Of a stretch of DNA of 64,000 nucleotides, positions 12,287 through 24,551 are shown one piece after another. The translations under genes and the position numbers were made by a program. The notes under the pieces are model-generated. The model did not search any database and was not told the origin of the DNA. It saw only the letters and a program-made list of their open reading frames with translations. Each line of letters opens with the position of its first letter. Positions within the stretch are counted from its first letter, which is position 1. Source of the DNA: Harriotta raleighana (Eukaryota); the NCBI GenBank assembly GCA_050575255.1, contig JBNZDD010013732.1, positions 21,028,244 through 21,092,243 of the forward strand. The letters are read 5' to 3'.

Positions 12287-14216
12287 TGCAAATATACAAT
12301 AGGCAGCTTTGATGGTCTGCCTTTATAAATCACCAACACAATAATATTTCCCTCACATGGTGTTCCCCAGCTGAAGAATTTGCACCATGAGAAATCATGG
12401 TGCATCCTAAGGATGTTTTTGTAATTCCTGATTGACCCAGTGATTGTTTTCTGGGATTATCCTGGTGCTTCTTGAAATATAATCCCGGATCTATATTAAT
12501 CATAATCCCAAAATTAGAAATACATCCTGCTTCAATCATGTTCTCACTAACAATTTAAACTGCAAGGTATGGGTTCCAGCTGTAAAGTGATAAGGTGCAG
12601 GAAGCCTGATTGTTCTGATTTATACTTCATCGCTGTAGTAATAGGGCATTGAGGAAAATTCTATGCAAGCACAACTCAACCCACACAAAGAAGTCTGCTT
12701 CCAAAGAGGAATTAGGCATTTAATACAGTGAAAGAGACACATATATAACAATAATAATAAGATCTTTCAACATTCATCTATGAAATACAGTTATTTTACT
12801 TTACAGTAATTCCTGCAATTACTTTGAGACATCCTACCGACCGGAAAGATGGAATATTTAATGTAAGGATTATTATTATTATGAAGTTCTTAATCTTTCT
12901 ATTGGACCTTTACCCCAGGACAGAATCAGAATCAATTTCCAGCGCTTGCATTTTTTGGGCAGCGGATATGAATGGATTAGCTGTGAAAAATATCTCCACA
13001 GTGTAGTCTTTCAGTTGCGTCGCAGAGTAAATGTCTTTTGCAGCATGTTGCTCATAGAGTTGGTTTGTCTTAGAAAAAGCATATAATTTGAACCAGGCAT
13101 TTTAAACCTTGAAAGGTTGCCGTGTTGTACACTGTCAGACCTAGTAATCATTTGCCACATAATACATGTTGCAGAAACATGAACAGTGGATGGAATTTGG
13201 AAAACAAAGGCTATGATATGCTCTTTGTCTGGCATATGCACTCAGCACTGTATACAGTTACAGTTGCTCAGCGAGTGGCACAATGATCCAGGACTATTAA
13301 AAGGGTGTCGGAAAATATTTAACGCAATGAAAAATTTACCAGGACGTTTTTGACATATGACACTGACGAAAGAATACTGAGCAGATTGTGGAAAAAGTAA
13401 TCTCGCTTGTGTTCATTCATTATGCATGGAATGAGTTTGGTTTGTACAGTAGCAACATTTTGCTGAGCTCTGGTATAAGCACTTTTGGCTGTGATTACCA
13501 CTTCAAGATTTGAACTGAAAACTATGTAATTGCTGTCTTTCAAATCAATTCTATTGGAACAAGAAACCTCATGCATTATCCTTAAACTAGATTATACAGG
13601 GTTTACACCTTGTCCTAAGAAAACTCTAAAATGAAATGAGCATAGGGGAGGAAGGTATAATGTACATTAACTCTGCTATAGTTTGTCAGAAAGAGCCATC
13701 AAATATACTCTTGGATGAAAATAGGCAATTGGACCAAGTCTACCCAATGGTTTCAATAGAGAGCACTAAATTATTTGAATTGGATGTAGTAAGTCTTTTA
13801 GAGAGATTCTTTATGTTTGTTTGTGTTAATGTCTTAAAATAGTAACTGCGATGTTGAGATTTGTTTTCCTGTGAAGCTCACATCTAAACAAGCATTGATT
13901 TAAAATATATTGTGTTTCTTGACTGCAGCCAATGCATCTTATTGTATAGGAACAAATCTGACTTATTTGTAAATTTCTCTACAACACTGATATTGGGTTT
14001 CTGGCTCTGATTCCTTCTGCTACATTTGGCAGAGCATATGTTCCTGATTCCTTTTAAAAGACTTGCAAAACTTACATGAAGGTAAATAAATCCAGGTAAA
14101 TGACAAAGCATTGGAATAAAGGGATATTAAATGATAGATAAATCACAAGGTGCAATTTTGCCACAAGTGCAGAACAGAACAAAAAAGGAAATGCTTATTG
14201 CTAGGAGTACAGATGT

Positions 14217-14497
14217 GTAAGGAAACTTACTCCACGTGCCTCTGTTTATCTAGCAGTAAGTACAAACTCAGTTGTCAGTTGATTGGCAAATCGCTTTTCC
14301 AAGGGGAATAAATATTTCAAAAAAATAAATTGGTCATTCAATCTGCAACTGTTTGTGGGACCCTGTTGTGCCAATCAGCTGCCACGTTTCACCCACAATC
14401 TATGCCGTCAATTCACTTTACAGTATATTCTGTGAAGCACTTTGAGACGTCTCAAAGATGTGATAAAGTGGTATACCAAATGCAGGGAATATTAATA
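14217..14497 (+). mobile_element. Family A SINE, long variant, 5'-truncated
   Basis: actccacgtgcctctgtttatctagcagtaagta... then the standard body and tail. Confidence 0.82.
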
Positions 14498-14556
14498 TTA
14501 TTCTCTCTTTCCTTTTTCCATGTTCTGCCCAGTCCACATACCATCAGCAACAAAGT

Positions 14557-14797
14557 TCTGTAGCATATTGGTCAGAGCACTTGCCTCACAAGCGAGGAGA
14601 CCTAGGTTCGAATCACAGGCAGGGCAAAATGTTAGGCAAGTTTTCTTGCTCCTCATGTCTCTTGCTCCTCATGTCTTTCTTGTTCCTCATGTCTGCTAGC
14701 ATTAAGTAGGAACCCAGTTTTTAGTTGGAAGATTACTTTTCTGGGGTGGGGAGTAATAATCCCTCCAAAATAAATTTAATAAAATAATATTTGGTCA
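14557..14797 (+). mobile_element. Family A SINE, long variant, 5' half with an internal 16-bp x3 tandem repeat
   Basis: tRNA-like head with ggttcgaatc; (TCTTGCTCCTCATGTC)x3 at 14644-14693. Confidence 0.8.
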
Positions 14798-15797
14798 CGT
14801 AATTTACAATTATGCATCACAGCATGTGAATTGCTGTGTGATCATTTCATGTGCTATTATCAATTACAAATCAAATACATTGGAGGGAGTGTCTTATTTC
14901 CCAAGCTTCCAATATAGGCACCTGTCCTTTGGTGCTGAAACTGTAATGAGTTACCTGCATGGTAATTATCTCTTTTTATTTGGCCCCTCACTTGCTAATT
15001 TCTGCAGTACTACAGGGCTGGTAATTTACAAAACAAAATCTGATTGTTACTTTTATGCAAAACCTAATCACTATGTATGAAAAAATATTATAGTGTAGAG
15101 TAAGTCTGTTTTATATGTTTTAAATGCCATAATCCAAAAGATGCAACCAAATATATATGCATCAAGAATAGCTTCTGAATAAAAGACTTTCCTATCAGGA
15201 GTTGCCATCAGATTTGAATTCATATACAGTATACAGATGTGCAGTGTCTTGAAATATTGTGTTTTAAGGGCTATTGAAAAGAGTCTCAGAATAATGATGA
15301 AGTCATCTGTGTCAGATCATGTAGTTCTGAGAATAGTATCATCAATTCATCTGTATTGAAGTTCATAATGGAGAGTGTGAAGTGTACCGTGATATCCATT
15401 CCAGTATCAATGAGATCTCAAGCTATGTCTATCCAAGTGATAAATTGCTAACCACACTCCAATTTAAAAGGCTAAGAAAATATTACCAATATCATGCTGC
15501 ATCTTTAGCCCTCAGATCATGTAAAACACACAGAAACGAGGCAGAAGAAAACGGAAGCGGTTAAAAATAATGATTATTATTTGGAAATAGACCAAATGTT
15601 AAATTCATTATGAAGACCAACCCTGCACGGGAGAAGTTAAAAATGAAATGAAAAGACATGTTTTCTCTATGCACAAAAGCACATTTACAACATAGCTCAC
15701 AACAGGCTTGACTCCATCAAAACCCACCCTCCAAATCCATCTTTGCTGTTTGAACTAGCTACACTAACCCATTACCTACTATTGTGTCTCTAATGGA

Positions 15798-16105
15798 GAT
15801 CCTGTAGCTGTGGTTGGAGCACTTGCCTTACAAGTGTGAGACCTGTGTTCGAATCCAAGAAGATCAGGGCAAGTTTCCTTACTCTACACGCCTAATAATA
15901 ATCTGTCCCCAAAACACCCACAATAATAAAACTGATCATTTTCAATCCACGACTGTGTGTGGGACACTGCTGTGTGCAATTGGCTGCCGCATTTTGCCCA
16001 CAAATATACAGTCAATTCACTTTACAGTATAATCTATGAAGCACTTTGAGACGTTGATAAGATGTGAAAAGCGCTATATCAAATGCAAGGATTATTATTA
16101 TTATT
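15798..16105 (+). mobile_element. Young tRNA-derived SINE, full length (family A)
   Basis: A-box-like tagctgtggttggagc, B-box gttcgaatcc, body gactgtgtgtgggacactgctgtgtgcaattggctgccg, L2-like tail and (ATT)n. Confidence 0.9.
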
Positions 16106-17297
16106 GCCATTGATAATATGGTTTCTGCTCTTCTTTCATGACACACTCTCCACACTCTCAGTTATGATGTATTGGTTGCTCACTTTTAGGATTGTGTTTG
16201 ACACTATTCGAGCGGGTGACGAGATGCATCAACATGCTGCACAATGAAGAGATGATGCTTCTTGCCCAGTGCCAGTCACACTCACTGCTGAACTCCTTAT
16301 CTCAGCTGTTAAAGTGAGAGTCCACCAAATAGAAATCAGATACTTTGCCATAGTCAGAAGAAAGAGCACTGAAATGGGAAAATGTGTGAACATTGTTTGC
16401 TGATTTTCATAATACTGTATTAATAATATTCCTTACATTTGATATAGCAACTTATAGTCAGCAGAATATACTGTAAAGTGAATTGACTATACATTTTGCT
16501 GGTGAACTGCAATAGGGCATGAAATTAATCGAAACAATAGTAGGGGAAGATGTCTGTAAAGTTTTAGATAAAATATTAGTTTGATGATAAAATAGCTTTC
16601 TGACATGAAAGGTATTATATATATGTGAGATTACATTGCATTATAAATAGAATACAGCCTGAATTAATTCCACAAAGTAATTTAGAGCTCAATTAGTTCT
16701 TGATTCATATTGTTTGCATTTTCTAATAATCTTTGACTCAGTGAGTCTTTTTGTTGCGGTGTCAAGTTTGATGCAGTGAGCCATTGAATTACCTATCAAT
16801 TCTAAAAGGAGGTTGTAGTCCATTGCAAAGACCATGTCAAATAGTTACTGGTCTGTTAATGCCCATCTACACATCTGTCTATTGACTTTATATTTTAACT
16901 TAATTGATGGATTAAATTTGCTCATCAGCTCTCAAAATGATACTTTGAGGCATTTGTAGAATTCACTGCTTCCCATTCTGAAACATCAACAGTTCGGCAA
17001 GTGCTGAAAGGTTAAGATGGTGATCTTCAGGAACAATCCTGTTGCATGTTGGCATAATCAACCTGTGGTAAAACAGAGGGTGAGGGATGTGGGTTCAATC
17101 CTCCAGTCCACTTCTCGTCTCTCACGCTGAGACGTGCTGAATAGAGGACCATCTGCTCTGCTCTAGTGGAGGGGATAGTAAAATGGGATGATTCATTCAT
17201 CTGGAGACCAGCCAAGTACGGCATTAATGTTGTTCAGTACTTGGTTTGACTGCTTTTCTGCATATTGTGTATGAAGCTAAACAAATGTGGTACATGA

Positions 17298-17356
17298 CCT
17301 GAAAGGTGATTAAGCAGAGCTACATAATCTATAGCTGTGCTTAATCACCTTTGAGG
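17298..17356. ncRNA. Pre-miRNA-like hairpin (candidate only)
   Basis: 27-position stem with 3 mismatches, including a perfect 15-bp run, and a 5-nt loop; not a miRNA I recognise. Confidence 0.25.
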
Positions 17357-18611
17357 GGAAAGAAATGAATGGAGATCGAGGATCAGATGATTGTATTTTA
17401 TTAGGGGGATACAGTTGCGCCCTGTGCTTTCCTCTAAAGCAAGTTTGTTTATCAGGTATCTATTTTGAGGAAAATGACAATGCACAACCTACCCTGTTTG
17501 CTAGTAGTTTAGGTTGTGTGTTGCAAGGTTCACAGCTTTCTGAGCATATGTGAGGAAATGACATCTGTGGTAACCCAGTGACCCAATTATGGCAAGCAAG
17601 AAGTCAGCCATTTTGGCTTTCAGTGTACTTCAAAAATGGCCAATTTCCAGGACATTGGGTTACGCCACATGCGGCAAATGACAATAATGACCTGATGAAG
17701 TGAAAGTCAGCCATTTTAGTTTCCCTATCACAATCTGTGTTTTGTTTTTCTGTGCACTGTATGGTGAATGCAGAAGCACTGAGCACCAATTATACTAGGT
17801 TACAATGCTGTTTGGGATTTTATGGATCCAAATCACTACATTACATTTAGGGATCCACGGTAGATTTGTTGGGACAGTTGTGAATGAACTGGATAGAGCC
17901 TGTTTGGTGGCTAAATGAATCTTTTTGTACCCGGTTTTCTTTATGTCTGATAGAGCAACAGATATTGGTAGAGCAAGGTATAGATATAGGGAAAAGAAAC
18001 ATTGATTTCTATTAGTAAGATGAATTGAAGCCTCATGATGCTTTCTTTTTATCATCAATGTTCCTGTTTGATTGCTCTTGAACATTTCAATCACTTTAAA
18101 ACACAGTTGAATTTTTATTAATTGTATGATTAATTGTCATATAACCTGGAAGCTGACCCTGTTTATCTAAATAAGGTTTTGTGATGATAGTGACTGATTT
18201 GTGCATCACAATTATCAGGAGTCGACCAAAACAAGCTTACGATCATTATGATCTTATGAGACAAAGTAATATATTCTCGCAATGCTACAGGCCCCAGTGT
18301 GGGTAAAATACAAGCAATTGTGTCCTTATTGTAATCACTGTATTATTTATGGAGTGTTACTGAATATCAATCCCTTCTATAATTCAGCTTTCACTGAATA
18401 GTAAAATTAATGTGACATTGGAGACAATTTCTTCACAGGCATGGTATCTGGATCGATGAGCTGTTCCCCTGGAACTAGTCCTATTATATTACCTCAAGAT
18501 CCTAGAAAGCATGGGTGTTTTAGAATGTTATTTTAAAGGTTATTCAACCTCAATCTTTTCCTTTATTTTGATCCAACTGGTCTCTCTGTCTTATAGTAAA
18601 TGTTTTTAATC

Positions 18612-18981
18612 TCTCTAGATCAAAAGGTTATAGATTGAAGACCTAAACTAGGAGCACATTTATAATCTAGACTGACATTCCAGTGCAATGATAGAGAAGT
18701 AAAACATTACTGGAGGTGCAATCCTTCTGCCTATTTTGGTGGTTCATGTGAAAGTTAACTTTCTGTTGGTATTATTTTGAAGAGGAGAATTTTTCATCTT
18801 ATCTGACTAATATTCTATCCTCACCCAAATTCACATAATATATCCAAATTAATCGGAACTCTTATTGTTTGTTTGATTTTGCTGGTGCAAATTAGTTATC
18901 GCATTTGTTTCTGTGAGTGTCGAAACTTCGAAGTGTCTCCTTATATGAAGTATTCTGGATGTGATAAGATGCTATATAAAA
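18612..18981 (+). mobile_element. Old Deu-domain SINE (other copies about 2287-2831 -, 3283-3790 +, 27220-27570 +, 35230-35500 +, 44100-44420 +, 48375-48610 +, 57545-57640 +, 62150-62480 -)
   Basis: ctagactgacattccagtgca, ggaggtgca and ttgaagaggag motifs recur colinearly among the copies. Confidence 0.65.
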
Positions 18982-20327
18982 TACATTAATACCATTATTT
19001 GACACTTCTGGATATGCTACTCTGAAATCACTCCCAAGAAATCTTCAGGGTAACTTTCCTTCTCTCCTAGAGTGATTTGGTTCGGATCAGGAGCTTGAAG
19101 AATCAATAATTGAGGTTTCATCCTGCTGTTCTGTGCAATTACACAGTAGTCCTGTCTGGGTGCTCTATCACGTCACCACTTTTCTACAAAGCACTACATT
19201 TACTTAATAAAATTGATAGTGAAATTGCATTGCAAAGTGCACAATCCACAAACCCAATTTGTTTGTTTCAATTCTCTTCATCAATTATTCGATCGCAATT
19301 ATGCCTGTCACCCAAAGACAGATTATATCATGTTATATTTTTTATTCAGCAGAGACACACTTAAGCATCTCCAAACCACACATATATATGGCACTTACAA
19401 ATGGATGGTTACACCATGCTTACCTAACTCCAATGAATATCAGTTTGTCACCAGTTAGGCTCGGGGACACCAGAGTGTGTTTTGAGATTCTATTGGAACT
19501 TAACCAGTTAGAACTGCAAGGCTTGCAGTTCAGTTCTCTGTCCAGCAGGCACCCCACTACTTGTCTCATTCACTTTGATGGACTTTTGGCTTCAAGAGCT
19601 AACAGAAACCAAGTAGGAAAAATTCATATGCCTAGTGCCCAAGTTCTGCTGATGAGCCATACTGGCTTGTCTGTCACATTTGATGTGCCTTGAAGGACTA
19701 TAGACCCACCTGGCTCAGTTACGAAACCACCATAGAAGGTGGACTCAAGTATGGCCACCTCCTTCTTGCCCCCTCTCTCTTGCCCTGAGGTCCAAACTTG
19801 TCTTTGTAAAGCACTCCCAAGATATCACCCTAATGTGAAGGGTCCTATGTAAATTAAATTTATTATATTCTTTTGTGGCAATAGGCAGCAATCAGTTTTC
19901 CACAGTTAAGGAAATAGGATGATGTTATTAATTGAAAAAGCAAGAAAAGTTAAAACATTTTTATTAGATGTTGTTTATTTCTAAAAAAAAGTGAAGTTGA
20001 TTCTATTGTTCGTAAAGGCCTTCTATTTATCTCAATGTAGTTTTACATTAACGTCTCACCAGGGATTTTCCCCGATTCAAAGGACAATTCAGTTTCTAAA
20101 GCAGCCCAAATGCTATTTCATTACCCATTTACCAAACCACTCCTCATAAATCTGCAAAGAGAAGAAGCACTGGTAAGAATAATTGCTTGCAAGAATGATC
20201 ATGGCAGAAATCAGTTTTATGAATACAAAATTAAAAACGATAAGTAATAGATGAAGGAGTAGAGTTAGTAGAACGCAATAACAACTTGTATTTTGTAGCG
20301 CTCTTCATGCAGGATAACTTCTCAATT

Positions 20328-20535
20328 AGAAACATAGAATACTACAGCACAGAAGGAGGTCATTAAGCCCATCATGCCTATGCTAACTCTTAGGAAGAAC
20401 TACCTAATCACACCCACTCTCCTGTTCTTTCCCCATACCCCAGAAATTTGTTCCTTTTCAAGTACATATCTAATTCCCTTTCGGAAACTGTTATTGAATC
20501 TGTTTTCACCACCCTCTCAGACAATGCATTCCAGA
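20328..20535 (-). mobile_element. CR1 3' end fragment
   Basis: Similar to the 51089 element (atagaat..acagcacagaaggagg); peptide WNALSERVV...ELDMYL. Confidence 0.85.
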
Positions 20536-20648
20536 CTATGTTTTGGAAATGTAAAATAGCATTGCATCTCAGGATTGATTGTAAATTTCTCACAGGTATC
20601 ATGCTTGGAATATGTTGTCAAATAAATTTTAGGATTACTTGATAGTAA

Positions 20649-20849
20649 TTTGTTAGCGCTTTTCACGTCTTCTAGATGTCTCAAAGGTCTTACACAATAT
20701 GCTATAAAGTGAATTGACTGCATTTATGAGGATTAGGCAATTGCAGCCAATTGCACACAGCAGTATTCCAAAACAGTCATGGATTGAAATGACCAATTTT
20801 TTTTTTTTTGAGGGGTTATTAAAGGCATGTGGAGTTAGGAAACTTGCCC
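20649..20849 (-). mobile_element. Family A SINE lacking the tRNA head
   Basis: Direct similarity to 23499-23730. Confidence 0.88.
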
Positions 20850-22847
20850 GAGGGTTTGCCAGGCAGATGGAATCTTGTCTGACAGCATCGTTGACATCCC
20901 TGGCTTGTGATTTAAGGATATAATATTATTATAGTCTTAGCATTTTAGATTTTTTCCATTTTTATCCTACCTCACTTCTATCAAGGGGTGATCACAAGTC
21001 TTGCCATCAAATACTTTTCCATGTCCCAAAGAGAACATTTAACACTTAGTTTAATACACCTTGGCAACGTTTATCGATAATGAAAATAATGTATTGTTCA
21101 GCAGTTGAATTATTGCAATAGTCAACACAGGAATAGGCTTATCACTTATCACAAATTTAATATCAAGGCTGTCGCTGCTGAAGAGTAATCCATTGCTGCT
21201 GATTAAAGTATTTTTTTTCTTAGTACATTTGATTACAGCTCCTCAGCTCATTATGTTTACAGTGAAACTCCCACGAATTAAATTGGGGTATATCAAATGG
21301 GCATTAAGGGTTGGCCTATCTATTGGTGTTTTATTATACTAGAGGTAAGTACTGTATTGTACTTGGAAAAAGTGCTGTGTTTTTCCTGTTAATAGTGCAA
21401 AAGTATTAATGATCTATTTTCATTGCTCCTTTTCAATCTTATTTTAAAAACTCATGACAATAAGACTACATTGTTATCAAGAGAATCTAAGCTTCTGACA
21501 GCTTCTTACATATGAATACCCTTACCATCTTAATTTTTACTGACCTTATTCTCAGTCATTTGTCCCTGTGGTGCTGCCCGACATCATGGACCAATTTAGA
21601 GCTTCTTTTGGTTACAAAATTAAGTGGACTGCCTTCAAGCTCTTATTGAACTTATTTTCCCAGCAGAATTTTAGGATTTATATGGCATGCTTGAGGGAAT
21701 ATAGCTTGGACTAATTGTCAACCTGAATTTAGATTCAATCAGAAAATATAAGCTTCAAAATAATTAAGAAAGATGATTTGTTGCAATCTACTGTGATGAG
21801 GTCAAGACTAATNNNNNNNNNNNNNNNNNNNNNNNNNTTTTTTTGAGGGGTTATTAAAGGCATGTGGAGTTAGGAAACTTGCCCGAGGGTTTGCCAGGCA
21901 GATGGAATCTTGTCTGACAGCATCGTTGACATCCCTGGCTTGTGATTTAAGGATATAATATTATTATAGTCTTAGCATTTTAGATTTTTTCCATTTTTAT
22001 CCTACCTCACTTCTATCAAGGGGTGATCACAAGTCTTGCCATCAAATACTTTTCCATGTCCCAAAGAGAACATTTAACACTTAGTTTAATACACCTTGGC
22101 AACGTTTATCGATAATGAAAATAATGTATTGTTCAGCAGTTGAATTATTGCAATAGTCAACACAGGAATAGGCTTATCACTTATCACAAATTTAATATCA
22201 AGGCTGTCGCTGCTGAAGAGTAATCCATTGCTGCTGATTAAAGTATTTTTTTTCTTAGTACATTTGATTACAGCTCCTCAGCTCATTATGTTTACAGTGA
22301 AACTCCCACGAATTAAATTGGGGTATATCAAATGGGCATTAAGGGTTGGCCTATCTATTGGTGTTTTATTATACTAGAGGTAAGTACTGTATTGTACTTG
22401 GAAAAAGTGCTGTGTTTTTCCTGTTAATAGTGCAAAAGTATTAATGATCTATTTTCATTACTCCTTTTCAATCTTATTTTAAAAACTCATGACAATAAGA
22501 CTACATTGTTATCAAGAGAATCTAAGCTTCTGACAGCTTCTTACATATGAATACCCTTACCATCTTAATTTTTACTGACCTTATTCTCAGTCATTTGTCC
22601 CTGTGGTGCTGCCCGACATCATGGACCAATTTGGAGCTTCTTTTGGTTACAAAATTAAGTGGACTGCCTTCAAGCTCTTATTGAACTTATTTTCCCAGCA
22701 GAATTTTAGGATTTATATGGCATGCTTGAGGGAATATAGCTTGGACTAATTGTCAACCTGAATTTAGATTCAATCAGAAAATATAAGCTTCAAAATAATT
22801 AAGAAAGATGATTTGTTGCAATCTACTGTGATGAGGTCAAGACTAAT
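20803..22847 (+). repeat. 1010-bp near-identical duplication either side of a 25-N gap (20803-21812, 21838-22847); probable assembly artefact
   Basis: Constant offset of 1035; only two differences seen (21425 g / 22460 a and 21598 a / 22633 g). Confidence 0.93.
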
Positions 22848-22910
22848 TTCTAATTTCTGCTGCTCTGTCCCAGGGAGATGCCTGGTGGTGGTTTTCTTGA
22901 GCCACTCTTG

Positions 22911-22925
22911 TGCGCCATCTAGTGC
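22911..22925 (-). promoter_or_regulatory. Candidate CTCF site
   Basis: Reverse complement GCACTAGATGGCGCA versus consensus CCASYAGRKGGCRS; motif match only. Confidence 0.4.
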
Positions 22926-23259
22926 CTGGCTCAAGACAATCATTTGCAGAGTATTGGGAAAAGGTGACACGGGTGCAAAATGTTATTGGTGACAATTAGT
23001 AAGTACAGCAACAAAGATGAATTCTGTGGCCAATGAGTTGGGAAGGATTTACATTATGTTGGATACCCTTTAAGAAGAAATGACCAATTAGCTAGGAACC
23101 AATGGAAGAGTAAAGCAGGGTGCAAGGGTGTTGTGAGGGTAACTAACAAAAATGGTTTTGGTTAGTATTATTGGATTGGTTTTGAGAACTGAAAATAAAA
23201 TAGTGATTTCTACATTTGAGTTGTGAGAACATAACTAACCTAAACTACTACAATGATGG

Positions 23260-23430
23260 AGTCCTGCAGCTCAGTGGTTAGAGCACTCAACATAAGCAAG
23301 AGACCTGGTTCGATTCCAGGCAGAGCAAAACATTGGACAAGTTTCCTTACTCCACATGCCTGATAATAATCCCTCAAAAAGACAATAATAAATTGGGTCA
23401 TTTCAATCCATGACTGTTTGTGTGACACTG
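23260..23430 (+). mobile_element. Family A SINE, 5' half
   Basis: tagctcagtggttagagc-type A box and ggttcgattcc B box; tail missing. Confidence 0.9.
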
Positions 23431-23498
23431 TAGTAGTAAGGGGAAATTATACTGTAGGTTAGCTACTAACCTTCTGTACTGGAGGTTACATTGTACTA

Positions 23499-23803
23499 TA
23501 ATAATAATCCTTGCATTTTTGATATAGCACTTTTCACATCTTCTAGACTTCTCAAAGCACTTCACACAATATATTGTAAAGTGAATTAACTTCATATTTT
23601 TGGGTGAAACACGGCAGACAATTGTGTACAGCAGTGTCCCACAAACAGTCACGGATTGAAATAACCCAATTTATTATTGTCTTTTTGAGGGATTATTATC
23701 AGGCATGTGGAGTAAGGAAACTTGTCCAATGTTTTGCTCTGCCTGGAATCGAACCCAGGTCTCTTGCTTATATTGACTGCTCTAACCACTGAGCTACAGG
23801 ACT
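23499..23803 (-). mobile_element. Family A SINE, full length
   Basis: Reverse complement of the 15798 copy, with (AAT)n tail. Confidence 0.92.
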
Positions 23804-24551
23804 TTGTTACTAACCTTCTACAGTGTTGAAGATAAATGAGGTTTGCAGCACCATTTAGACTTAAATATAGAACAGCTCAGAATTAAATTTAGAACCCGAG
23901 GCTGTTTAAATCAGGCCAATATAATTAACATGCAAAACCTTGTCCAATTTGAACTCGAAACCATTTGAGAGACATCTTAAATATTGAATACATTGGTCAG
24001 ATGATCTGCTTTGTCCAAGGACCATTGAATCTGAACTTACATGATCTTGGCTTTGTTTCTGTGGAGCAAATGGGACACAACTTTATTTGAGGACGTATTG
24101 TGCAAAAACAGTTTAATTTTCTTTCTAAAAACAAAATATGCTTTTTGCAGGCATCTTAAAATGTGATTCAGAATCTGTTTACTGTGACTTGCATTTAATT
24201 GCCATTGTTTTTCATCCAAATCAAGCAGGTCTGTGAATTGATCAACTTAAATTTGCAAGAATGCTGTAATGATTTGTGATTTACGTTGCTTGGCATTAAA
24301 GTGTAGAGCACATCTTGTCCAGAATTGCTTACATATGAATCATTGAGTGGATTTCTTTGTAATAATGCACTTCAGCAAGATCCTAATGCATAATTTACAA
24401 AATTCCACCTGGAACTTTAATGTAACATTGATGTAATTACTTCATACTGTCCTCTTTTCTGATTAGTGTTTTCATTTGGCTTATCTTTGGTTTATGATAT
24501 TCATTTTTAATTCTGTATTTTACAGTTGTTTTTTCTTTTTTCTCTTCTTAG

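Noticed and set aside
19259-19693. 144-aa ORF
   Set aside because: Non-ATG start, runs into an old repeat, no recognisable motif.
23260-23325. tRNA-like sequence with A and B boxes (also 14557, 15798, 23740, 29087)
   Set aside because: No complete cloverleaf, and each continues into SINE body sequence; these are SINE heads, not tRNA genes.
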